Source: Eledone cirrhosa (Eukaryota). Taken from it: a DNA stretch of 64,000 bases. Shown piece after piece: positions 41,541 through 52,327 of the stretch; position 1 is the first letter of the stretch, and every line of letters begins with the position of its first letter. Under the pieces are notes generated by a model. That model was not told the DNA's origin, made no database searches, and saw only the letters and a program-made list of their open reading frames with translations. The DNA lies in NCBI GenBank assembly GCA_964016885.1, contig OZ024744.1, positions 104,346,001 to 104,410,000 on the forward strand. Direction: 5' to 3'. Made by a program: the position numbers and the translations under genes.

Positions 41541-41970
41541 GTGCTGGTTCCTTCCACAATTAAGCAAACCCAGTACTCCATGCGAAGTGGTTGGTTGTAG
41601 AACCCCCCCCCCCCCCCACACACACACACACATACACACAACATAGAAACCATGCCATATATGGAATGTATGGGCAAGAGGAGATCTCTGTGACATGTCT
41701 AGACATGTACCTTGACAACCCATCCAACTCCTGCCTGCATGGAAAGTGAACATTAAAATGATGATGGTAATGGTGATGATGATGATGATGATGATGGCGA
41801 CACTGTATTCATTCAGGGTCTACAGATGGTTAAGTTGATAGGGATGGCGACAAACACCAAAAGATCTGTGATTCAGGTATCATAACTAAGAGTTGAGCAC
41901 ATCATCATTGGCACCAACTCAATTCTAAACAATGTTTTTTTTAACAAGATTCAACCAATGTTGTTATAAT

Positions 41971-42627
41971 AATTGTTTCTACTTTAGGCACAAGGCCAGC
42001 AATTACCCAGTGCATGACTGGTACTTTATTTTATCGACCCCGTAAGGATGAAAGGCAAAGTCAACCTCGGCGGGATTTGAACTCAGATCGTAAAGGGACG
42101 TAACTATGCTGGAAAGCATGGCGTCCGACCCTCTACCGATACTGCCAATCCACCGCCCTTTATATATATATATAATGGTAAGATATATTATATATATAAT
42201 GGTGAGATATATATATATATAACGGTGAGATATATTATATATATACTAGCAGTGGTACCCGCAGGGCGAATTGTAGGAAAAGGCGTAATGCAGTCAGCCA
42301 GACATACAGACAGATATTATAAGGGCACGACGTTATATGTATGTATCTATCTAAAAAGAGAAAGACTAAGAATTATAGAGAGAGATTGCTAAATCGACTA
42401 ATGAGGTCCCTAGGGCATTGAAAATTTGAAATTTCTTTTGCTCAGAACACTCCCCGAAACATAAGTATTACATGTGTAAAGTTTGAAAACAGTCGGTTGG
42501 GTGGTTCTCGAGTTTTAGGGATTCGAACTCACACACACACACACAGAGACAGACATCCTCAGGGAAGTGACGTAATGCAGACAGTCAGACATACAGACAG
42601 ATATTATAAGGGTGCGACGTTATATGT
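41971..42627 (-). mobile_element. Duplicate of 40057-40710 (SINE, minisatellite E and Helitron derivative)
   Basis: Near-identical sequence at ~1915-bp offset. Confidence 0.85.
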
Positions 42628-43103
42628 ATGACGTTATATATATATAATGGTGAGATATATATATATATAATGGTGAGATATATATATATATATATAACGG
42701 TGAGATATATATATATATAATGGTGAGATATATATATATATATATAACGGTGAGATATATATATATATAATGGTGAGATATATTATATATAAAACGGTAA
42801 GATATATTATATATATAACGGTGAGATATATTATATATATAACAGTGAGATATATTATATATAATGGTGAGATATATATATATATATATAATGGTGAGAT
42901 ATATATATAACGGTGAGATATATTATATATATAACGGTGAGATATATTATATATATAACGGTGAGATATATTATATATATAACGGTGAGATATATATATA
43001 TAACGGTGAGATATTATATATAACAGTGAGATATATATATAATGGTGAGATATATTATATATATAACGGTGAGATATATTATATATATAACGGTGAGATA
43101 TAT

Positions 43104-44006
43104 TATATATAAAACTGAGGATGCCTGTCTGTGTGTGTGTGAGTTTGAATCCCTAAAACTCGAGAACCACCCAACCGATTGATTTTAAACTTTAAACATA
43201 TAATACTTATGTTTCAGGGAGTGTTCTGAGCAAAAGAAATTTCAAATTTTCAATGCTCTAGGGACCAAATTAGGCGATTTAGCGATCTCTCTATAATTCT
43301 TAGTCTTTCCCTTTTTAGATAGATACATAGATATAACGTTGCACCCTTATAATATCTGTCTGTATGTCTGGCTGGCTGCATTACGCCACTTCCCTGAGGA
43401 TGTCTGTCTCTGTGTGTGTGTGAGTTTGAATCCCTAAAACTCGAGAAGTACCCAACCGATTTTTTTCAAACTTTACATGTGTATTACTTATGCATCAGGG
43501 AGTGTTGTGCACACAAAATTCAACTTTTTGATCTCCTAGGGCCCGAATTAGGTGAAAAACTTCGTTTTTTAAGCTTTTTTGGGGTTTTTTGGGGCGTTAC
43601 GTCAGACCGATTTCCTTGAAATTGTAACTATGTATTAGTCAGTCACTTCTTCATACCGTGAGCAAAGAAAATCCAACTTTTTTATGGCCTAGGGCCCGCA
43701 TTAGGTGAAAAACTTCATTTTTTCAGCTTTTTAGGGCTTTTTGAGGCGCTACGTCTAGCCGATTTTCCCGAAATTTCAAGGCATATTATGCACATAAAAA
43801 AAATTCATTTTCTTGATCCTCATTAGGTGAAAACCTGCATTTTTCCTGCTTCATCGAGGAAAATCTTAAAGATTATCCAGCCATCAGAGTATTCGGTTTA
43901 TTTTCTTTACATATTGTCCAGGCATGCAGTTTTTCCACGATTAGGTCTGTTGGCGGCCCGCGTTCCAAAATACCTTATCCAGTGCAATGCCAGGTACCAC
44001 TGCTAG
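43104..44006 (+). mobile_element. Non-autonomous Helitron
   Basis: Starts TATATATAAAACTGAGGATG; ends CCAGTGCAATGCCAGGTACCACTGCTAG|T; inverted homolog at 45778-46677. Confidence 0.8.
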
Positions 44007-44311
44007 TATTATATATAACAGTCAGATATATTATATATAAGAGTGAGATATATTATATATATAACGGTGAGATATATTATATATATAACGGTGAGATATA
44101 ATATATATATAACAGTGAGATGTATATATATAACAGTGAGATATATATATATAACGGTGAGATATATTATATATATAACGGTGAGATATATTATATATAT
44201 AACAGTGAGATATATATATATAACAGTGAGATATATATATATAACAGTGAGATATATTATATATATAACGGTGAGATATATTATATATATAACAGTGAGA
44301 TATATTATATA

Positions 44312-45723
44312 CTAGCTGGCCCGTCCGGCTAGCACCCGGCTAGGTATACCAGCATTTTATCTTTTCAGGAATCCCCCCTACACTCGAGTGCAAAGATACC
44401 ACATGCCCTCTCAAGGCAGCGAGGGGGTTAACGTGCTCTGATGTTCAGTTTGAATAGTTTTTAGGATTCCCCAGTTCAGCAGCCAGTACATTAAAGAAAA
44501 TTGATCGTTACAACAATAAAGGCTGAACAGAGAACACATTTTTTATAATTTGTACAACCATAATGGAAATTCCAAGTAACAGAAAATATTTAAATTACAT
44601 TGTTAGAACCTCCGAGTATACAATATTTTTTGTTCAGCCCTCCGGAGCAAAGATGAAGAGATTGTTTGGCGAGCTCACCCTAGAGCATCCTACATACAAT
44701 TGACCATGGGAGAATCACTGATTTGGTAGCTTGTCTCGCAGAGAAGCTCTGTAGTTGTTGACCTCTGGACACTTCTGTCAGGAGCAGGTAAGCTGTAGTG
44801 ACTTAGAGGCCTACCACCAATCTCCAGGACACTGTTTTCAAGACAAATGAGCGCCTCATTGAAAACGACATCGTATGTTACATTTGGATTGTGTCTGCGT
44901 GTGGTGGAGGATGTCCTCAGCTAGACTTTCACGGTGGTTGTTTCACATTGCGAGAGGGTCGGCGAGATCGCAGTTGTGCAGCACAATAGCAAAAAGTTTT
45001 CACAGCCGAGAAGGGATTTTAGCAATTGCTGTTTCTTGCAGGGTGAGGCGCCAATGGCTGTCATCGTGTAACATACCACGCATCTGGCAAGCCAAATGGT
45101 AAGTGGAACATTGATGGCCATTGATGGTTCTCAGATCTTGGAAAGACTGTGGTCCTCTAACCTCGAACAGTAACAATGATGATAAGCCGTCTGGGCTTTT
45201 GTGAAATAAATAGGTTTTTGTTTTTGTGTATGCAAAAATATCTGTACACGAATTTATATATATTAAATTAACAGATTAAAGTTTAAGCAAAGAATCGTTG
45301 CTTTCACCCGTAACGGGATCTTCTGAAACTAAAAAAAATCCGTCTGTGAACGCAGAAGTAAATATTTCGAAAAACATTATCTAATGCAGACAGCCAGACA
45401 TACAGAGACATATTATAAGGGCGCTACGTTATAGCGATGTATCTATCTAAAAAGACAGACTAAGAAAAAGAGGGGAATGTTGTGCGACGTCATAAGAAAA
45501 AGTGAGGAATGACGTATAACCGGAAGTGTTGACATTTAAAATTTTAAAGAAGTGAATATTTAAATAATGTCTTTAATCTTTTAACAAAATTCAGTAGACA
45601 AAAATACCCTCACTTTTTTACTTGGAAAAAATTATATCTATGGTGCAAATTTGGTGGTGTTTGGTCCAGCCATCTGGCAGAAGGTTTGTTACCTACATAC
45701 GGCCGTCAGCTTTATAGTATAGA
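44312..45723 (-). mobile_element. Internally deleted Helitron carrying RepHel remnants
   Basis: A|TC...CTAG|T termini with a GC-rich subterminal hairpin region; translates VRGPQSFQDLRTINGHQCSTYHLACQMRGMLHDDSHW (~44890-45175) and the PIF1 C-terminus FSHGQLYVGCSRV...TKNIVYSEVL (~44603-44720). Confidence 0.92.
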
Positions 45724-45777
45724 TATAACAGTGAGATATATTATATATATAACGGTGAGATATATTATATATATATA

Positions 45778-46677
45778 CTAGCAGTGGTAACCGGCGTTGC
45801 ACGGGATAAGGTATTTTGGAACGCGGGCCGCCAATAGACCTAATCATGGAAAAACTGCATGCCTGGACAATATGTAAAGAAAATAAACCGAATACTCTGA
45901 TGGCTGGATAATCTTTAAGATTTTCCTCGATGAAGCAGGAAAAATGCAGGTTTTCACTTATTGCGGGCCCTAGGGGATCAAGAAAATGAATTTTTTTTAT
46001 GTGCATAATATGCCTTGAAATTTCGGGAAAATTGGCTAGACGTAACGTCTCCAAAAAGCCCTAAGAAGCTTAAAAAATGAAGTTTTTCACCTAATGCGGG
46101 CCCTAGGCCATAAGAAAGTTGGATTTTCTTTACTTACAGTATGAAGAAGAGACTGACTAATACATAATTACAATTTCAAGGAAATCGGTCTGACGTAACA
46201 CCTCAAAAAACCCCTAAAAATGTTTAAAATCGCATTTTTTCAGCTAATGCGGGCCCTAGGAGATAAAAAAGTTGAATTTTTTAATGTGCATAACACTCCC
46301 TGAAACATAAGTAATACACACGTAAAGTTTGAAAAAAGCGGTTGGGTACTTCTCGAGTTTTAGGGATAAACACACACATCCTCAGCGAAGTGACATAATG
46401 CAGAAAGTCAGACATACAGACAGATATTATAAGGGCACGACGTTATAAGTATGTATCTATCTAAAAAGAGAAAGACTAAGAATTATAGAGTGAGATCGCT
46501 AAATCGCCTAATGCGGTCCCTAGGGCATTGAAAATTTGAAATTTCTTTTGCTCAGAACACTACCTGAAACATAAGTATTACATGTGTAAAGTTTGAAAAC
46601 AGTCGGTTGGGTGGCTCTCGAGTTTTAGGGATTCAAGCTCACACACAGACAGACATCCTCAGTTTTATATATATAGA
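45778..46677 (-). mobile_element. Non-autonomous Helitron
   Basis: 5' TCTATATATATAAAACTGAGG; 3' CCCGTGCAACGCCGGTTACCACTGCTAG|T. Confidence 0.85.
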
Positions 46678-47240
46678 CTAGCAGAAAACCACCCGGTGGG
46701 CGGTTTTCTGCTAGCAAATCTAGTGTATATACTGATATTGTTGAGATTTGGATGAGAAATGTTTTCGGCACCACATGTTCCCCGTCTCTCGGTGTGTCTT
46801 TTATGCATGTATAAATATATATGTTATCTATACGGTGAAATCTTTGAAATAAATATATGTTAAAACGAAAAAGGAGAAAAAGAGATTAGTGACGGAAATA
46901 TAAACGTTATGATACATAAACGTTATGATATAACGATGGAAATATATCTTCAAATGGTCCTTGGCATGGTGTCAAGTCAGAACCGCCTCGAACTGGTTAC
47001 TTCTGGCTTGTGCAAGGTGTCTCTATAGCAACCAGCGATTCCCTCGGCCTCAGTGACCAAAGTCAGTGGAGAGGGGAAGGTAATGTTTCTATAGCGACAG
47101 TGTTTCTCTTGGTAGTACCAAAGTGGAGAAAGGAAGGGGAAGGTAATATTTCTGTAGCACCTACATTTGAGTTTTAGGGAAGGACAGACAGACAAACAGA
47201 GAAATGCCCATATATTTCTGTGTGTGTATATATATATATA
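46678..47240 (-). mobile_element. Probable third Helitron family abutting the previous element
   Basis: CTAG end at 46678-46681 inside a 13-bp perfect-stem hairpin (46678-46714); (CTGT)n-type tract near the other end; 5' TC not clear. Confidence 0.55.
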
Positions 47241-47242
47241 TG

Positions 47243-47850
47243 TCAGGTCACCAGTTGATGTTACTGGTAACATGTATCCCAGCACAACCTGTCTCATGGT
47301 CGGGTCGTTGGCGACTAAACTGGCAACCCCACCAAGCTTTCTTGGTGAGGAGGGTGACTTTGGACATCCTGCAGGACTAAAAACAAAACCTGTCAAAAGG
47401 GCAAAGGAGCTCTTAAGACTCAATGGCCATCCAAAATCACTGGGAGAGATGACCCCTTAGCCTTTGTCAAGGCAGAATTCTAGGAGAAGGAAAACTCTGA
47501 TATAACACCTGCAACCCTGATGGTATCCAATGATGTTGACTTGTTCTTCTTTTTGGTAAATATCATCTTGGTTAAGAGAGTGGGATTGGCTTTGTGCAGT
47601 GCCTTTGCTCACTACAAAAGCTTCACGGCACAGGCATTGCTTTATATCTGGAGATCTCTCTGCACTTGTCCTCACATAGTACCATGGGCCCAGCACTATG
47701 TGTCAGTAATTGTCACAAGTGTAGTGTTTGTACCAGAGTTTTCAAGTCGCTGGCTGGACTAAAAAGTCACACTCGTTCTGCGCATCGGTAGGGGTTCTCC
47801 TACATGGATATAAAGTAGTGGCTGTACTCGAAACGAGTTGGCAGCCACCA
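47243..47850 (+). mobile_element. Short non-autonomous RTE derivative: 5'-UTR-like segment fused to a C2H2-finger C-terminus and tail
   Basis: CSVCTRVFKSLAGLKSHTRSAHR* at the end; the 5' part is homologous to 57775-58040; embedded in (TA)n. Confidence 0.65.
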
Positions 47851-47895
47851 TATATATATATATATATTACACACACAGAAATGTATATATATTTC

Positions 47896-47926
<31 letters not shown>

Positions 47927-48798
47927 TACACACACAGAAATGTATATATATTTCTGTGTGTATATATATATATTTCTGTGGGTGTATATATATATATATA
48001 TTACACACACAGAAATGTATATATATTTCTGTGTGTGTATATATATATATATATATATTACACACACAGAAATGTATATATATTTCTGTGTGTGTATATA
48101 TATATATATATTACACACACAGAAATGTATATATATTTCTTAGAACAAAATTATTATTAATGTTTTGCTGTTCATAACAATTGGAATTGAAAAATTACTT
48201 TTGAAATTATTAGTTATTTTACTAATGCTTAGATATGTAAAAATGAAGCCATGTTTCTAATAATTGTTTCTACTTTTGGCACAAGGCCAGCACTGGTACT
48301 TTATTTTATCGACCCCGTGAGGATGAAAGGCAAAGTTAACCTCGGCGGTATTTGAACTCAGACCGTAAAGGGACGTAACTCCATGCTATGAAGCATGGTG
48401 TCCGACTCTCTACAGATTCTGCCAATCCACCGCCCTAATGTCTGTACGTAATGAGGGAGTGAGAGGGGAGAGAAAGAAAGGCAGAGGTGAAGTGACGAAG
48501 TGACTCTCTCCTCCTCCTCCTCCATCTCCCCATTCGTCACAGCGATAGAGGGGAGGAATGTTAGTGTGTTACAAAGAGAAAGAGTGAGAGTGAGAGAAAC
48601 AGACAGACTAAAAGAGAGGGATAGCTGGAGAGAGAGAGAGAGATAGCAACAGATACAGTACAGTAGCTAAGGGATGTATATATATTTCTGTGTGTATATA
48701 TATATACATTTCTGTGTGTGTAATATACACACAGAAATATATATACATTTCTGTTTGTGTAATATATATATACACACACGGAAATATATATATATTTC

Positions 48799-48851
<53 letters not shown>

Positions 48852-48877
48852 CACACACAGAAATGTATATATATTTC

Positions 48878-48932
<55 letters not shown>

Positions 48933-49040
48933 CACACACAGAAATGTATATATATTTCTGTGTGTATATATATATATTTCTGTGTGTGTATATATATATA
49001 TATTACACACACACAGAAATGTTTATATGTTTCTGTAGCA
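47850..49040. repeat. Palindromic minisatellite ACACACACAGAAATGTATATATATTTCTGTGTGTGT + (TA)n (47850-48140 and 48675-49040), with a family 1 SINE at 48262-48436
   Basis: 14-bp perfect arms in each unit. Confidence 0.88.
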
Positions 49041-49109
49041 CTCCTCAATTCTCCCTCCCGCTATCCCCCTCTTGTAGTCTGTATCTTTCTTTCACTCTCT
49101 CTCTACGCG

Positions 49110-50315
49110 TCGTGGTCCATAAGAAAGCTAGGTGTTGAGGAATGGCTTGTGAGGACAGTGCAAACTTTGTACAGAGGTACTCTCAGTAAAGTCAGGGTAG
49201 GAATGGAGTTTAGTGAGGAATTCCAGTTACAAGTAGGAGTACATCAGGGTTCGGTCCTCAGCCCGCTCTTGTTCATTATAGTCCTCCAAGCCATAACAGA
49301 GGAGTTTAAGACTGGCTGTCCATGGGAACTTCTCTATGCTGACGATCTGGTTCTTATAGCAGAATCAGTAGAGGAGCTAGAGAATAAATTCTGGCTAATG
49401 GAAACAGCAGTTGGAAGCAAGAGGACTGAGAGTAAATCTAGCTAAGACAAAAGTGTTGATGAGTAGAAAAGAGGACAAAACCCTGATTCCGTCAGGGAAA
49501 TGGCCATGTTCGATATGCAGAAAAGGAACTGGCATAAATTCTATAAAATGCACACAATGCAGATCCTGGGTACACAAGAGATGTAGCGGGATAGCAGGAA
49601 AACTAACAGGTAGGGAGAAATATGTATGCAGGGAAATTAGACAGTAGAAGTCGCATTGATAGACACATTTTTCAAATGCAGGAGGGCGCGATAGAAGTGG
49701 TGGATAGCTTCCGGTACTTAGGAGATCAGATTAGCATGGGAGGAGGGTGTTCCGAGGCCATAGTATTTAGAATAAGGACGGGTTGGAAGAAGTTTAGGGA
49801 ACTGCTTCCTCTGTTGACGAAGAAGGGTTTCTCCCTGCGTACGAAAGGCCGGTTGTATGATGCCTGTGTGAGGAGCGCGATGCTGCATGGTAGTGAGACA
49901 TGGGCAGCAACTGCAGAGGATATGCGACGGCTGGAGAGAAATGAGGCAAGCATGCTCCGTTGGATGTGCAGTGTAAATGTGCATGAACGACCCAGCATAA
50001 ATGTGTTGAGAGAGAAACTGTGTCTGAGAGGGATAGAATGTAGTGTACGGGAGAGGAGACTGAGGTGGTATGGACATGTGATGCGCATGGAGGATGACCG
50101 ATGGGTGAAGAAGTGCCAGGAAATGCCAGTTGAAGGAAGACGTGGTAGAGGTAGACCACGAAAAACATGGGCAGAGGTGGTGAGAACAGACCTCAGATCA
50201 TTGAAGCTCACGGTGGAGATGACGAAGGACCATGACGAGTGGAGAGATGCTGAATAAGACCCGTCCCACCCTTGCAAGCAGGGAAAAGCGGACGTATGAT
50301 GATGATGATGATGAT
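49110..50315 (+). mobile_element. 5'-truncated RTE LINE (RT C-half to tail), frameshifted
   Basis: GVHQGSVLSPLLF, LLYADDLVL, FRYLG, GSETW, RLRWYGHV, GRPRKTW; (GAT)n tail. Confidence 0.95.
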
Positions 50316-50363
50316 ATATAACAGTGAGATATATTATATATATATATAACGGTGAGATATACT

Positions 50364-50690
50364 CATTTCATTTTACGTCTGCTTTTTCCCTGCTTGCAAG
50401 GGTGGGGCGGGAACTGATTGTGGCTTGATTTCTACAGCTGGATGCCCTAACACCAACCTCATTTACAGTGAGTGCTGGGTGCTTTTTCCCCGTGGCACCT
50501 CCACGTCCACTTTGCAGTGGAATGATAGGGACTCCAGTCCCTATCATCTCATTTCTACAGCTGAGTAAACTGGAGCAATGTGAAATAAAGTGTCATGCTC
50601 AAGGAAACAACACATCAGCCGGTCTGAGAATTGAACTCACAACCTTTCGATTGCAAGGCCAATGCTCTAACCACTAAGCCATGTGCCTCC
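50364..50690 (-). mobile_element. Full-length SINE family 2 (tRNA head, CORE-like body, RTE-derived tail)
   Basis: Head GGAGGCACATGGCTTAGTGGTTAGAGC; tail matches the LINE end at 50260-50296. Confidence 0.9.
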
Positions 50691-51006
50691 ATATATATAT
50701 ATATAACAGTGAGATATATTATATATATATAACGGTGAGATATGTTACATATATAACAGTGAGATATATTATACAGTGTTTAGATGATCCTGATAAACAA
50801 ACTATACTTTTAGACCTGCACCAGTTTCATACTCTGAACATCTTGGTCAACTAATTTATGTAACAGTTAACAAAATTTAATATATATATTTGTTGATTAA
50901 AGTAGGCAACTGCACTCAATTGGTGTCAACTGATAGACGTCCACATGTTTATAACAAATTATTTACAATGATGTCCCACGTGTTTATAACAAATTATTTA
51001 CAATGA

Positions 51007-52327
51007 TGGGATCTCCTATATGCAGATGATCTAACGCTCATAGCTGAATCAATGGCTGAACTAGAGAAGAAATTCCAAACATGGAAGCATGGCGTAGAAT
51101 CAAAAGGCCTTAAAACTAAGTTCTAGTTTGTAGGAAGGAAAATAGGGCACCGGTCCCATCCGGGAAATGGCCATGCTCAGTGTGTAGGAAAGGAGTAGGT
51201 AGAAACTCCATTTTATGTCCCAAATGCAAAGTATGGGTGCATAAAAGATGTAGTGGGATCACAGGTAAGCTAACTAAGAATATAGATTTTATATGTGGCC
51301 GGTGCTCTGGTGCAATAAGTAGCAGCAAGTGCCCACAGAATACTAGCTCATTCCATTGCACAGATGGTTCTATAGAAATAGTGGACACCTTCCGTTACTT
51401 GGGTGACAAAATCAGCAATGGTGGAGGGTGCTCTGAAAGTACAGTAGCTAGAGTCAGAACGGGATGGAAAAAGTTCAGAGAGCTTATACCACTATTAGCC
51501 GCTAAAGGGTTCTCTCTAAAAATGAAAGGCAGGCTGTATGATGCCTGCATACGAACAACAATGTTACATGGCAGTGAGACCTGGGCATTGTGTGCAGAGG
51601 ATATACGCAGACTGGAGAGGAACGAAGCTTGCATGCTCCGCTGGATGTGTAATAGTAATATACGTGAACGGCAAAGCATAAACGAACTAAGGGAAAAATT
51701 AGAAATAAGAGGGATCAGATGTTGTTTACTCGAGAGAAGACTACGTTGGTATGGTCACGTGATGCGCATGAAAGATGACAGCTGTATAGCAAAGTGCAGG
51801 GCAATAAAGATAGATGGTAGCCACGGAGTAGGCAGACCCAGAAAAACCTGGGACGACTTGATAAATTCTGACCTCACACACTTACACCTCTCCAAGACAA
51901 TGTCACTGGACCGAGATCTTTGGCGCTACACAGTAATACAGAAGACCCGCCTAACCTAAATACATAGTGAAACCTACTACAGTCAGTAGGCACCTCTAAC
52001 AAAAATACAGCCCCGTCCCTCTACCCCCACCCCATCCACACCGCCCCTTTCAATGTAAAGTTATGTTGGTCCCACAACATCCAGTCCGAAACAAATGAGG
52101 TCGTGTAGGTGTCACAACAAAAAAACACACAGTCCACGCTGTAATGTGGCCGTGTAGGTAACACAGTAAAAACCTCCCAGACCCACACTGTAAATGTGGT
52201 TGGTGGTAGGAAGGGCATCCAGCTGTAGAAAACCCGCCAGACAGTCCTTGCCTCAAGTGGGAAAACTCCCGTCCAAACCCATGCAAGCGTGGAACATGGA
52301 CGTTAAACGATGATGATGATGATGATG
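51007..52327 (+). mobile_element. 5'-truncated RTE LINE with long 3' UTR, inserted in minisatellite F
   Basis: LLYADDL, CxxC/HKRCSG insert, FRYLG, GSETW, GRPRKTW; (GAT)n tail. Confidence 0.95.

Larger units (their letters stand above)
38391..50775. repeat. Minisatellite E (AACGGTGAGATATATTATATATAT, ~20-26 bp) fragmented by insertions; blocks at ~38391-40330, 42160-42245, 42635-43105, 44007-44311, 45724-45777, 50315-50362 and 50691-50775
   Basis: The same unit in the same orientation reappears between inserted elements. Confidence 0.9.

Noticed and set aside
38466-49138. YI/CV/TH-rich ORFs
   Set aside because: Translations of (TA)n, (TG)n and minisatellite E.
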